Of a stretch of 64,000 nucleotides of DNA, positions 46,265 to 60,569 are shown in pieces. The notes beneath the pieces were generated by a model. The model did not search any database. It was not told where the DNA came from and saw only the letters and a list, made by a program, of their open reading frames with translations. Both the position numbers and the translations under genes were made by a program. Position 1 is the first letter of the stretch; each line of letters starts with the position of its first letter. The DNA is from Takakia lepidozioides (Eukaryota > Plantae > Bryophyta): positions 13,950,001 through 14,014,000 of the forward strand of contig CM060731.1 of the NCBI GenBank assembly GCA_030704615.1, given 5' to 3'.

Positions 46265-49200
46265 TCATATGTGGACTTTATTTTTCCATTCGAACTTCTT
46301 GGCGAAGCTGCTCAAAAGCAGTTCATGGCGGAAGGTTTGATACTCTTCTACAGTGGTGTTTGCCCATTGCTTGCAGAAACATGTGTCAGTGACAGCCAAT
46401 GACTTCATAGGGAAAACCCCAGTCGGGGCTTTCTTCAATGCCACCAAAAATCTATGGCGTGGCATTATACGTTGTTCAAGAGAAAGGCTAAAATAGGCTG
46501 GGAAGCTAGTGACAGTGTGGACACTGCCTTTTAGCTCTTTTACTAGATAAGAATACTTCGGTTTCAAGCAGTCCTCTACAGAGAGGGATAGCACCTGCAC
46601 AACACCCCACTCCCATTAGCATACAAACAAACTATCCCAGAGACTGGGTCTTGAACAAGGCCTTGCTATACCCAAAGGAACATATTTAGGAGATACACAC
46701 ATATCTACCTGTTGTAGCCTCTAGTTTTCCCATCAAGTGGCAGTCAGTACGGAATTGACATAGCCTTCCCAATGCTGACGATGATAACGTGCACATTTTC
46801 AGCATTAACCATTGCATTCCATAGGTACATTGGCTATTACGTACCATTCAGGGCATAGTCCCTACCGAAACTAGCCACACCACAATATGGAACTCAGTCC
46901 AAAGTTTCGACACCCATTGCGACAAATCCATTTGCGAGTTAATTTCATGGTTGGCACTGGCCACTTGCTAGATACATGTTTCTGTGAGAGACAAATCAAC
47001 TTCTCCTGAACACAAATTGAAGACAAAGAAAGACAGCAAGTACAAATGACTGTAGGGATGTCGGTATCATCCTTAACCCTCCTGTGACTGAAGATGCAAC
47101 TAGAAGGTTTCTCAACTGGTTATTGTACATCGAGCAGCGTGTGGCCTCAGTGTTCCTTGGTTCCTATGGCTACTTTCTGGCACTTAGCTGTTGTCCTCCC
47201 ATGCTTTCAAGGTGTCAGAGTTCTCTTCTGCAGCTGTCTTGTGATCTTTGGACTCGGTGCTGCCGTCTTTTAGCTCCTGTATCTCTCCTCTTTCAGTAGA
47301 AATTTCCTTTTCTTGGCAAGTGGTTAGCTTGAATACTGGGTTTGTGTGCATTTGATGTGTTTCTCTCTCACGGCCATGCCAGGATCAGCATCTTTAGGTT
47401 GCGATCAAGGTGTGTTTCTTTCCCCATCTCAGAAAAGTTAAGTGAAAAATGACAGAGCAGTGCAAATACCTTACAAAGATATGGCCATACCTGTGTCAGG
47501 CGGGTAAGGACCTTTACAATGTCTTGTTTGCTCATGCCGATGCTGCTCAGGTACTCAACTCGTGGACGAATGCCCTCCTCAACGCTGTAGTGTAATAGTT
47601 GGGGGTGCCGAGTGACCATCTTTGCTAGTGTCTCTTTTGGTACCCCCATTTCAGTTAATAGAAAGTCCACTCGGGGCCCCAATGATTCTTCGATGCTTTG
47701 TGTCAGAACCTGGTCCAGTTTACATCAAATCAGCAACAAATGTTGAATGAAGCTAAGAAGATGGATGACTCCTTTGCCCAGTCAGGGAGGTCTCCATGCA
47801 TACCAGCTATCCATTAGTCACACCTGGACTTAAAAAATGCCAGACTGACAGGAAAGCGCAGCATTCAGGCAAGCAAACATTTGCCATAAACCATAATGTT
47901 CTCATCAGACTCGGCTCTCTAACCTTGTGTACCCCACACCTGAGAACCCCACACCTGAGATGGATGAACCAGAAGAGTGGGGGAGTGGAGAAGGATCTAA
48001 GAGAAGAGAGCAGCATGGAGCCACTATCAGCACTGAGGGCTTGCTCCTTGGTAGGAATTAACGGTTACTAGGCTTCCTCCCTTGTCTCCTTAAGGAAAAA
48101 AAACCAAGTTACTTGAGGCCTTCCAACTTTCCTCTAGAAAGCCCTCTACCACAGCATAACACATAATTCAGAGTCATGGAGGGCAGCAACTGTACGTAAT
48201 GTTCTAGACTCTCAATCTGAACAGGAAGAGGTGCAGTTTCAGCCATTTAATACGTGGACCTCTTACATAGCAAGACGCCTAAGGCACTGTCGATTCACAC
48301 TTTACACCTTGATTTTAGAATCCTTCTTGCTTGAATCAAAGGCATATTTCAGCACCTGATAGGCAGACACGACCTCCTAATTCAATATGACAAATAAAGA
48401 GCTGACCTGAGGGCTCCTTGTTATAATGACGCCAATATCTCCCTCTTTGATTCCAACAACCTCTTGCAAGTACTTCACCCTTGGTATCAGGGACCGTTCT
48501 AGACTGCACTCCAACAATGTGGGTGCCAGGGTGAGGACTCTTCCAAGTTTTGATTCTGGCAAGCCAAGGCTCTTTAGGTACTGAACACGTGGCTTCATCG
48601 CTCGATCAACCGTATACTCAAGAATCTGTGGGTGCCTGACAATCAATTTGCTCAGATGTTCCACTTGCACCCCCAAACTGATCAGATACGCAATCCGTTC
48701 CTTCACAAGTGCGACGTTTGCTTGAAAGCATGCTTTATGGCGGTCAGCGATTTTTGTTAAGTCATGCTCGTTCAAGCCCAAACCATGCAAGTACTCAACC
48801 AATGGCCGCCATTTAAGCTCTAAACCCAGCTGCCTTGCCAAACGATGAAAGATTGCATCGTCCATCCCACCAGCAAAGACGTGCTGCAGCAAACAAATAC
48901 AGACTCCCACTTCCATAAATGACAATGCCAGACATAGGTTGCCGCCAACCACCCTCTCCTCCCCTCCCCATACATTTCCCTTATGACTTACCCTTGAAAA
49001 ATAATCCCCATGGCTCTTCCCCAAACTCTGCAAATTCTGACCAAAAAGTGCATGAAACCCAGCCCAAACCAGCCAGAGGTCTCAGATGGCCAAGGACCAT
49101 ACAGTACAGGCATAGATGATTTATGGGCCCTTGATATCATGCTAGAAAGCATGTGATCGAAGCATTGCTCCTCTATCCCTCTAGCAATATGTGACGTGCA

Positions 49201-51389
49201 GTTATGTACCTTCTGTTTGGACTGTCATACAGGAGATAAAATCTGCAGGCTTACGCAACCATTAGACTAGAACATTCTATGATTTCTCTACAAACGGACT
49301 GAATGCGATATTTCCCATTCCCTTTCCCAGCAGGAAAAGCTCACACACAGGTAGATTGTCCATCAGAAAATTCATGCCAGGGAAACTCCTGCTATCGTAC
49401 CCTATCCAAGCCAGTCAAGTGGCGCTGTTCTGAACTCTCTACATGCAGTACACCACCATCTTGCGGATGAGCAGCTGCCAAAGAGCTTGCCCCTTGCAAT
49501 CCCACACTTCGCTTCTCCTTAATAGAAGTTGCATCCCTCAGTTTCTGGTGTCGAATGATTTGGTAGGCTTGCTCTTCCCAGTCACTGCTTGAAAGCTTCT
49601 TCTGCCGGGGAAATCTAGCCTGCGTCTGTAAATGGAGTGGTGGTGGGATGACTGACTTTCGACCACTTGGGCCTGTAAGAGAAATCACACAATATCAGCT
49701 TGTGAAGTATGTTCATGACTGTAGTTGTGAATTGTACGCCTTAAAAGGCACAGCTAAACACTGGTGTTTACGCTACTCTTATAACCCATCCCTAAGTTAA
49801 AAGATCCAAGGCGAGTAGTAATACCGGCGTCAGCCCCTGACAAAGGTAGGTTCTGTCCCATTGTGTTCCACTCAAACTGGGCGCGGGGTCAATGGCCACA
49901 AGACTACGGCAAACAACGTCTTATGAGTACATTCCTAAGTTAAAAGAAAGCCCTCAGCTTTTTGACACACCTGTAAGCCAAGACCTAAATGTGGCTATCG
50001 ATACAGCAAATACATGTGATATCAAAATTTAATGGCAAAGTACTGTATATTGATAAGCATTTATGGTGCAACCTTGCCTGCCACGGCGAGCCGAGATGAT
50101 GAGCTCATGACATCTGTCATAACTTCAGAATCTTCCATGCCAGATGATGTGAGCCTTTTCCCTGCACCACTCAAGGAGGGTCCATTGGCAGCGCTCACCC
50201 CGCTAACCACTCCCTTGTATCCCACCCTTCCCTGTTTCTTGAACTTGCGGCGTGACTTTGAGCTCATCGCGTCAGGCTCAGCTTCCTCCTCCCCATCCTA
50301 CATTTAGTTATTTAGTACAATTAGGTGCTTGAAAAAATCAAGAAACGTCACCATCTTCAGTTCATTTAGGGCATAGACCCACATTATAGAAAACCTATCT
50401 GAACCTGTGGTGGTTTTAATAGAAGGAAACTCAGCCCAAAATAGTGTAGTTCTTGTGCACAACTGATAATAATCACAGTGCCCGATTTAACTAAGGAGGA
50501 GTTAAAAGACTGTCATCTCTAAGAGACAGAAAGAGAGAAAGGAGCTTTATAACGTCCACAGGAACTCAAAAAGACCATTCACACCTAACAAACAAAGAAA
50601 CAACTAGAAAACCAGGCCCAACGAGGTGCTGGAGTGGCTCATAGAGAAAACGTTCACCGAAAAAACAAAACCGGAATACAGTGGGGTGCCCAAGACAACC
50701 AATATTTTCCAGCTATGAATTACCATGCCCAACACCAGACTAAAGAGCTCGAGCTGCAACACCTAAGCCCCTTTTGGCTTCCTGTTTGGTTTCTCAAAGC
50801 TTCTTCCTCATAAATTGGGGATGAGAATTCTACCCATGAGAATTCTACCCAAATGTATGTACAGTTGACCAAATTGGGCATTGAATGGAGGTGCTAGGGA
50901 GAATATAACAGTTACAAATGCACACTTAAGAAGCCTACACGGTTCAAGTCCTCATCTCAGAGTCCATCAATTGTCTGAACTTATTTTTCTGCAAGAGAGG
51001 CTGCGTTGCAATCTCAGCTTGTAGGAAATCAGCTCACGTTGGATGATCTCAGTTTGATACCACCCTAGCCATGGGACCCTGCGGCCAGCAAAGGGTAGTA
51101 AGATACTCACAGAAGGGACCAACTCAGACTGCAGGAATGGGCCAACATCTTCATCTTCATAACCAAAGGTGGAGAGGGGCTCTCCAAACCTCGACCGTCG
51201 ATTAGACTTGGCAATCCTTGCGTTTGAATGTTGTGCAGCTGCTCCAATTTCTTGATGGTTCGCAGACATGCCTTGTAAAGAGTAAAGGCCTTGGAGAGGG
51301 AGCCATGCCAAGGGAAGCTTCTTGTGACAGAAGCATCCTGGGAAAGAAGCGGTCACGGTTCCCCAGGGTGATGGTTGCGCCCGCGCCAT
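46265..51389 (-). CDS. MTERF9: Spliced gene, organellar mTERF-family protein (mTERF9-like)
   Basis: mTERF repeats (HPQILEY..PRVQYL, HPQLLHYSVEEGIRPRVEYL); C-terminus SLSLEQRIMPRHRFLV...FCKQWA...LLLSSFAKKFE; N-terminal HSNARIAKSNRRSRFG. Confidence 0.85.
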
Positions 51390-52522
51390 GGCATGCTCTA
51401 CCGTCAAATCTTCTAAGCTACTGTGGGACACCCTGGCTGCAACTGTCTAGTTGCCATGGCAAATATTGAAGTCTGGAAGGAGCTTTCACGCTATTCTTCT
51501 TCATATCCTGACTGAAAGCTCAAGCTGCAGCTCCTAACACCATAACTAGGACACGATAGGATCCACAACAGCGCTGTAGCTCCACCTTTTACAATCTCAA
51601 GGTCTCCAGCCTGTCTTCATCTTATTCCTTCACCCTGTAGCGACAACCCAGCTCCACCCTTCACAATCTTAACGTCTACAGCCAGCCTTCAACTTCTTCC
51701 AAAGGAATTACCTGGATACACATCACACTGCAATCTCAATCCTCCCCGAATTTCAAGCTCTTCTCTACGCTGTGAAACAGTCTCTCATCGTCCCTCTCTT
51801 GCTTTCCATCAATGACTCATCCACACCGGATGTTTCAGTCCGAAGAGGTCAAAATTTGAAGATGTATTCATCCGAAATGGAATGTTTGATGTCCTTTTCA
51901 TCTAGAAGCTCGCGATTCCGGTATCTGCATCCGTGGCCGGATGCAGATCCCACCCTGCCATCATACAAGGAGTGGCTGAAGATTTTGATGGAAAGTGTGA
52001 TAACCTTCGACATATGCTGATTAAAGAAAGGGAATCTCTCTCTTTTGTTTTGGGTCAAAACCATCTGGTCAAAGACAACCAATTTTCGACTGGTGTAGAG
52101 ATTGTAACTGGAAACTGTTGCTACCTGGTCCTTGAAATTGAGTGAGCCAGGATGGGGTTCTAGAAAGCATCAGGTGGAGGCCTGGCAGTGACCTTTTGAG
52201 CTATGGGGGCCAGGATTTGCTCGTTAGACTGGGGTGAAGGATCGGCGGGCCTGCAAGAGTGCTTCGGGATGCTGGTAGATGTGGGCGATTATTCTTGGTT
52301 GGGTCACAGAAATTGAAGGGAAGGGAGAAGTATGAACGTGGCTTCAGTGATAGTCGCATGGCTGGTGGCTCCGGCCATGTTCTTTGTGGTGGTCGCGGCA
52401 GTCCAGGCATGGAACACGGACTCCGTGACAATTGCCCTTTTCTTTGTGGGTATGTCCAATCATCATCCCCCCCAACCCCCCCCCGGCTCTTTAATCCATG
52501 AGTAGTCTACCACACAGCATCC

Positions 52523-55500
52523 ATGGGACCTAGACATGCACTTACGTGTGTCTATTTGTATTGTGCAGTTCTGCCTTTGGCTGCTTGGATTGCAATCTCA
52601 CGAAGCTGTAAAGCTCAGCTTCATGAACCTGTGTTTGCACCATCGTTCATCGCGTCACTTATTGTCATAATGTGCGTCAACCACATCGTAATCCTTCGCT
52701 CTGGTAGACATCTTTTCTTTCCTTTACCATTCTTTGGTTCCTACCACATGCTTCTCGCTGTCTACTGAGAGGCAGCAGTCACTGACCCTGAACTTCCTGT
52801 GATCTTAATGGACTTTTGTGAAAGCAGCTGTTTCAGAACGGGGACATACACTAGTCACCTTTTGAATTGCAGTAGATGAGATCACTAATGCAAATTGCAC
52901 TGCAGCAACCAGTGCAGGATTGGATGCTTCTTTTGGTGTTGCAACTGTCACTTTATGTCTTACGTTTTGGAGGTCAGTGCCAACAATTCCAAAGGAACAC
53001 TTGAGTATGTCAATTGTGATTTAAAAAGTCAGGGCTCACATGTAAATTAGTACTTCTTTTGTAAATGTGTACCTTACAACTGTATTGCTCTGAAGGGTTT
53101 GTTGGATGAAGTGAGGCAGGGTTTGTGATAACTCGCCTGTTAGAAATCGAGGTACTGCAGCAGTTGAAGCAAACTAAATAAACCTTTCATGCCATCATAC
53201 CAACAGACCTGCAGTACTTCATTTTATCTCATTCTGTAAAGCTCTGATAGGAAGTTCCAGAGGGTGGTTAGGGTGCAATTTCACAAAGCCACTGCGAATT
53301 CAGAAATCTGTAGATGCCATCATGATAGCCAAGTGCAGATGTGCTGATGTAGGCGATTGGTTGTGCCCTCCTGCACGAAATTACACAGGCTTCTTTGAAA
53401 AAAAGGCAAAGTATATGGCATGATTCATGGATTGGGCTTGCAGTACAGGATGATAGTCAGTGACCCAGGCCGGCTTCCAATATACGCTGATTCAAGGGTA
53501 GCAGGGGGCCAAGATGGTGGGAGCAAGGCTGACTTGGCAAGAAGTGGTCAAGCACTGGGCCCTCTCATGCTGGTAAGTGCTTTTGAACATGAGCTTCCAG
53601 TCATTGCCATTAGTTTTATGAAGCACATTGAGAGTTGACTGTGGTGGTAATGAAAATACTCTACTGATCACGCAAAGGTTAAGCTGATCACCTGCTACCT
53701 AGTAGAATGGGCCACAGGTGGTGCCAAGCCATGTAGGTTGGTGAAGTGCTTTGAAAATGTGGGAGAATAGATGTTTCTCTGATGGTCTATTCAGACCTCT
53801 GAAGAACTGCATAGAGTTTGGCTGGCAGGCATCATTCAGCCCAAAGTCCTGAACTGTATGTCTCAACACTCTACAGGCAACGAATAAACAGTGATTGGTG
53901 CCTACTGTGGAATTCTAACTCTTGCGGGTGTTTTTGGACGTCAAGTAGAAGCCATTGGCAGTCAGAGACCTGGAGGTGAATGATGGAGAATGCGTACATG
54001 CTTTCATCAGTCCTGCACTCTTGGATAGGGATGAGGATGAAAGCACTGATGATGGTTTGTGGGAGGGTTCGCCAAGAAGATTGGTAGGTGGGTCTATTTT
54101 GGCTTGGTGGGTGGGTCAATGTTGGCTATCTTATCACTTGGGTCTCTGGATATTAAACAATCACACTTTGTGGGGGGAGCACTTGTTATTGCTGCAATTT
54201 GAATTTATGATTTGAGCTATTTGATCACATGCAAAAGAGTCAAGGTGACTAAACAGTTACTTGACCCTTCATGATATGAGTAGCAAACATTAGAGTGTTC
54301 TAGCCTCTGTGTGATTGCCTCCATTCAAGGTTTTGATCTTATGTTGTGGCAGTCACTACGGTCGAGAGTTTGTCGCCGATGCAATGCCAGAATTGACCAC
54401 TTCGATCATCACTGCCCTGCCATAATGAACTGCGTAGGTAAGGGTCAGCAACATTTTCCAGTGAGTTTTTACTTCTCTTCCAACTGGCATACCTCCATTA
54501 GGATTATTTCTTATGTGTCACTGCAACGTGATAGTTGAAACATGAATAGTCAGTCTTGCTGCTGCATATATGAATGGTAGTGTGATTCATGTAAGACTGT
54601 GTTCTCCAAATGTGTCCAATCCTGTATATCTCATGCAGTGTTATTGATGCTTCATGTGGCATGGGTGGGGTAGCCAGGCCGGAAGAACCATGTTCTTTTC
54701 CTGGGCATGCTGGTGACTTTTATTGTTGTTGAGCTTCTCTACGTTCAATGCGGCAAGCTATGTAATGGCATGATCCCTCACTTCCATTCTAGTGTCTCTC
54801 AGTGCCATTTTAGTGATATCCAGAGGGATGATTGGAATTAGAAAATGTTACACATTGAGAGACGTGCTCCGTTTTTCTTGAGTGGGCGTTTGACTAGTAA
54901 CAATGCTAAATTACTGATAGGATCCCCACTTTGTATGGGTGTCATATGCTCTTACAGTCTCATGCCACTGAAATGCAGCTAACACCGGGGATTGGCGCAT
55001 TAGGTTGCACTTTTGTTTGAAAGGGGTCTAACCAAGGTGGGAAGTTGAAAAGGAATTCTCATATTTGACTGATGGAAGAGGTGAATTTGTCTCTGGATAT
55101 CTTTGCAGATTTGGAGGCGGGGCACCTCTTGTCTCTCCCGACAAATAGTCCACTGATACTCAGTGAAGGTCAGATGCTGGCAATTTGCTTAATGTGCTTC
55201 TCTCATCAGGCTCAGAACTGTACAGTCTAGTGTTTTCCATGAAGGTCAGGCAGGCTTCCCAAAAATAGGGGCTGAGTCAACCATATCTTTACCCTAAGCC
55301 AGACTATTCAGGGAGGGAAGAAAGAAGGAAAACCCACCTTTGTCTTCTTTCTGGATGTAGAAAAGGCTTATGACACGGTATGGTGCAACAGGCTGTAGCT
55401 TCCTCTGTGGTTTTCTCAGGGCAGGGAGTCTACCTTTGACCAAAAAACAGAGGCAGAGAGAGGAAAGGGAGATTGTCAATGCCCGATGTGTGGGCGGCCT

Positions 55501-57611
55501 GAAGACATATCCATTTTCTGATACATTGTCCGGGGTATTCTCATCAGAGAGCGACCCTTTTCAGGACTATCAAGAACATGGTTCCTGAACCTCTGGTCAC
55601 CAACTTCCAAAATCTTGAGGATGAGCCTAAAGCTCTGACCCTGTTGGGGTCAAATTGCTGGGAAGTTCGCACACAGCAGATTGATGCTTGTGTGAAGGGC
55701 CTTCTAGAGGAAATTTGGAAAGGCCATTCCAATTGTTTATACCAAGGTAAGTCCCACTACTGGAATGAGCCACTCACATAGGTAGTGTCTGTTCCCTCTT
55801 GTTCTGCCCAAACTAGGGTGCGTCAGATTCTCATAAGGCTCATTATAGGTGCAGCTCAGCATTTGTTTGTTTCTGTCAGGCCTACAAGATATGGAGTGGA
55901 TTTGGCGTGTTGCCTGCCAGGTATTAACTGATTTTTCTTTGGTCTTTAAAGCTACAAGTGAAAGCAGAATTTGAAGGACATGACCCACTTCCCATTTGGC
56001 TGCTGATTACACATGAATTCTCCTTTTTGGATTGGTAAGTTGGTTTGGCATTACACCAAGGCTCTCCCCTTGGTTGGGGAATTGGCTGAAACGGTCCAAA
56101 GGATTCTCAGAAGAACTAGTGGGAGCGTTGTAACCCGTTGAAATATAATCCAGTTCATCAGGGCTATCTTGCATTGCGAGCCTCACACTGTTCTTAGATG
56201 ACTAAGGTTGGGGAAGCCTAGCTGGGCTAAGCTGATGTGAGAGTCACTGAACTTCTTTTGACCTTTTGGATGCTTTCATAGAGGGTATCCCTTTGAGAAG
56301 AAGAATAGCTATTGCAATGCATTCAAGAATATTGCAATCCTCACCATTATGCTCACAGGTTGGACATGTGGGTTCCCTTTCTCTCATCTGGGTCAAATTT
56401 TACTCGAAGCATTACTACAGCTCTGTGCCACAGAGAAGTGACATATTTTGCCATAGTTGCTTGTCCAGTTGCTCCTTAGACTAGAGCTCCCCAATAAAAA
56501 TAAGCATCAGTGGTTGCAACAGGTCATGAGCAGGGAACCTTGGGTGACTAGCACGTTGATTTTCGCATGTCTACAAGCCTGCTGGCAGGTAGGGAACATC
56601 CAGGTTGGACTTATGTTGTATATCCTATACCATGGTAGTCCAAGGATCTTGAAATTAGTCCCTAAAGGTGTGAATCACATATGCTGTGTCGTGGGCTTCA
56701 CCCTGAGATATTATTATTGGGCTCTACCATAAGACGAGCGTTTAAGAAGTGTGTTTGCAAGCCACTATTCTGTTACTCAGATGTGATCAATCCAATGTGG
56801 TCAGCTAGATCAGATTGGACCTGGCTAATGTGGATAAAGAGCCTTATGACAAAGTATTTTGGTGTAAAAGCTGTTCTTTAATGTAAGTTTCACAGTGGAA
56901 TTGGCAAGTATGTTTTCAGATGGTGGAGATGAATTCTTTGTAGCCAAAACACACTACAGAATTGAGGTTGGGTTGGCTCTTGCAGGCCCCCCTGCTGGCT
57001 TTTCACATTTTCTGTGCAGCTTTCAATCTGACCACCAATGAATGGGTGAGCGAATATGCACTCTTCCACCTAGTCGGACAAATCTCTTGTGCTTTCCTCT
57101 GTTGGGCACATGCAGTGGTTGGACACCCCAATTTGTACTAGCTGCCTCAATGTTATCTGTGCCTTTCTCTCTCATCTCTCCTCTCCCTCCTTCTCTCCAT
57201 CGCCACAAGGCTATCGACAAACAATGTCTTATGAGCACATTCTCTCTATGATGCAAGGGAAGAATAACTCACAGTGATGAGTGTTGCATTCTTGCAGATC
57301 AAGTGGGAGAAGTATCCAGCCTTATATGTCAGGATCCCTGCCGGGCCTGGTCAGTAAATTCTGGCACGTAACCTTATATGCCTTGTTCTTTTCTGCACTA
57401 GGAAGCCTTCGTTCAATTAGACAGCAAAACCAAGAGACTAATTTCCTCCAATCTTCCCAGTTGATTGGATCATTTAGAGCCATGCATCGAGTACAGCCGC
57501 TGATCAAGTGTAGTGTTTATGTTTGTAGGCCGTCCTTCTGGAGGAAAGAAGTTCGTGAACCCATACAACCATGGAGTGTTGTCAAACCTTCTTCAATTTT
57601 TGCGGTCTTGA
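52523..57611 (+). CDS. Spliced gene, DHHC-type protein S-acyltransferase
   Basis: Hydrophobic N-terminus; SDPG; RSRVCRRCNARIDHFDHHCPAIMNCVG (~54352-54437); terminal exon NPYNHGVLSNLLQFLRS*. Confidence 0.88.
55325..55790 (+). mobile_element. Possible LINE reverse-transcriptase remnant in an intron
   Basis: FFLDVEKAYDTVW motif at ~55345-55383; the rest is degenerate. Confidence 0.5.
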
Positions 57612-60569
57612 ACTTAGATGTCAGATCTCGTTTTCACACCTACTGAGGGATGTCAAACCTGATTTCCTTTCTTTGACATTCCCACTCGCTCCTGCTGAAA
57701 ACATGATGAAAGCCAGGGGTGTAAAACGGTCAGCATAAGTTTGCCACTGGCTCTGTTCCTAAAGTATGGTATATTTTGAGAAAGTTTTCTGGTGCCAAGG
57801 AGCCGGCCCACCACGACTTTCTGGTGGCAGAGCGACGTCAACTCCGCACAGTACCAATCTGCAAAGCAAGGTTAGGCAGATGGGCCCCAACATGACGACA
57901 GTGGTGCTCACAAAAATTCTTCCTGCAACTCGTGGCCTATTTGTCTAAGCCGCCAGCTGCCCCGCTCTGTAGGACCTTGATCCATCTGGAAGACTGACGA
58001 TAGAATGTGACTTTGGAGCCCGATGCTGAGGAGAACCCAACCTGGGACCCACATGGTTCGTTTGAACAAGTAAAATTTTCCTCAAAAATGGTCATCGTGA
58101 ACCAGATGACGGTGTATCCAAAGATCTTTGAATTCGTCAAACGCTGTCTTGAGATTTCGGTCGTGGGCATTCCCCCTCACAAGAAGTTTCTCCGATAGGA
58201 CTGGAATGCGTGATTTGTGATGAACGCATGACATGCTCATGAATGTCAAACAGGCGCAGAAAGCTCCTTTTGCCTCATCAAAGCGCGCAAGCCACGGCGC
58301 CAATCATCCTTCTGCTCAATGAATGTGAAACCATTACAATTGTCCTCGTTGACAAAAGAGCAGTGAGCAATAATACACAACAGTCTTTCAGTTTTCAGTT
58401 TTCACCGGACGTGGGGACAGAGTCCTGGCCACGTGAGTGTGCCTAGAGTCAATGCTCTGTGATGTGATCTTTGGAAATTGGTAAACATGTATAGACAAAG
58501 AGTGTGTTGATCGAACTCCAGATCGTGAATGATTCCGAGAATCCGAGAGGATGAATCCCCCCACAGATCATAAGCATGGGAGTTGAGCTTCGAATGATGA
58601 ATGGGGTGCTATGTTGTTGGAGGAAGGGGGGGTTGTAAGGCTTGTCTGTAGTTGGAGGAATGTGTTTGTTGAAAGAATGGTAAGTAAGTAAGACAGATTT
58701 GGAAAGCGAGAGAGAGAAGGATTTCACCGACCCACCCAATGCCATGTGGCGGGCAGTGTAAGGGTTCTAAGTTCCTCCCACATGCACAGGGAGCAGGGCC
58801 GCGCGGAAGGGATGTCTGTGGGAGCACCTGCCTCCCTGCGCACTGTATTCATTTCTCTCAGTAATGACTGGGCTGTGTGCTTTTTGACGAACATCGTATT
58901 TGGGTCTCGTGGGCAGGAGTGAATTCCATCACGTGGGTGGCTGGGTGGCCCACGGTGCTTGTTCACTCTGAGTTGGCTCTATCTTCGTGGCCCTGTTCCT
59001 CTCTCTTTACGCTGCCTCTCCCACAAACAGCGCTCTGTTGTTACGGCGGAGATCTTACTTGTGTTTCTTGGCATGAAGTCAATGGAACGCATGTGTCGTG
59101 GGTTTACAGTTTGGGATTAGTACTCTGTCCACGCCATCTTCTTCTTTCTTTCTCTTGTAGGGAAGTACAGTGTGTCTCTGTCCGGCTCGCTCTCATAGAG
59201 ACCCCTCTAATGGTTACTGGTAGCATGGAACGTCACGATTGAGTTCCCACAAGCATTTCCCCTCTGCCTCCTTTTGCAGATTCCTGTTATTTATGCAAAC
59301 AACACAGTCAGACGTCCCATCTTTCCAAGCTTCCAAATCTCTGCCCCTTCCATTGACTGCCCGTGCAGCATCCTCTCTACTTGTCTCCAAGCTTTTCTCT
59401 TCAAATCGCTTGAATTCCGTTGAAGTCTTTGAAATTTTGACACCACTACCGTCTGCTTCTCTCTTGGTGGTTCTGTTTGTGGGTGATTTCCCCGTGATTG
59501 GCCTTTGTCTCACATGATAGCCGTACGCTAGCAATGTGCAGAGAGACCAAAATGCTGTTGGGCTTTCGGTCTCTGCGGACATAACAGTTATTCAGTCTTC
59601 GTTTTTTCCCTGCCCTTGGGGTCTTTCTCACAGTAGCAAGTACAGTGCGGATTGGACACGTCAGAGCTGCGGTGGTTGCCATCCTGGGACTGCGTACAGA
59701 TCCCTGATCACAGCACTAGGAGTCACGAGTTTCTCAAAGCACAGGTGTGCATACGATTATGTCTTTCTCATATGCCACGAAGAGGAATCACTCAACCCAT
59801 TTCCATCTGCTCAAAATGATTCTACCCGGCGATGCTCTTTGTGGTTGACTAACAGATGTCGCAGAATTCTTATCTGTTTGATTGGGTTGTCGACTAACTG
59901 ACCCGTGAATTGGTTGACTACTTAATAAGACGATTCAAGTTACTTGCTGCTCGAGGATCCGAGCTCTAGAGCGTCTGAACCACTTAAAGTGGCCTGTCAA
60001 TTGCAGAAACTTTAGAACAGAACAGGGACTCAAAAGCTCGACGTGTCTTCTAGGAGGGGTCCCATTACTTGCTGAGGCCACTAGGGGAACTTGATACACA
60101 AACTTTCAAGTTGCGGAAGCGCTTTGTGCATCCATATGTTGCCACTGCCGTTGAACTGTCTCGATGGATTTTATCATAGCTCGTTTGCTCATGTGTCTGA
60201 ACGTCTCCTTGTAAGTGTGATATAAACTTCAAGTAAAACTTCTTTAGCAGAATGGGTGCTCGATGGGCTTTCCCAGGAAGTTCTCACAGGTGATAACGCT
60301 TGGACAAACCAGGTGTTCCTAGCAAGTTGAACTTCTACTGCTCAGATCATCAAAAAGCTACTGGCATCCAGAAGCTTTCAGGAGATCACTTGGATCTCTC
60401 AGCGCATTGAGGCATTGGTGGTCAGTAGCCTCGCTGAAGGCTTGCTTCGGTAGTACGTCCTACCTCCATAGATGACATTGCCTCTGGCCAGCTACAAGAT
60501 TCCTCCGGAAAACACTATCAGAATAAGAGGTGGGGGGTTTATTGATGCTGCAGGAAGCATGAAGAGGTA

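Noticed and set aside
58783-58842. Possible miRNA hairpin (tgcacagggagcagg / cctgcctccctgcgca)
   Set aside because: Stem only ~15 bp and imperfect; no match to a miRNA family I recognise.
57650-60500. Short ORFs between the DHHC and bHLH genes
   Set aside because: No recognisable motifs or consistent splice structure; probably UTR, promoter or leader intron.
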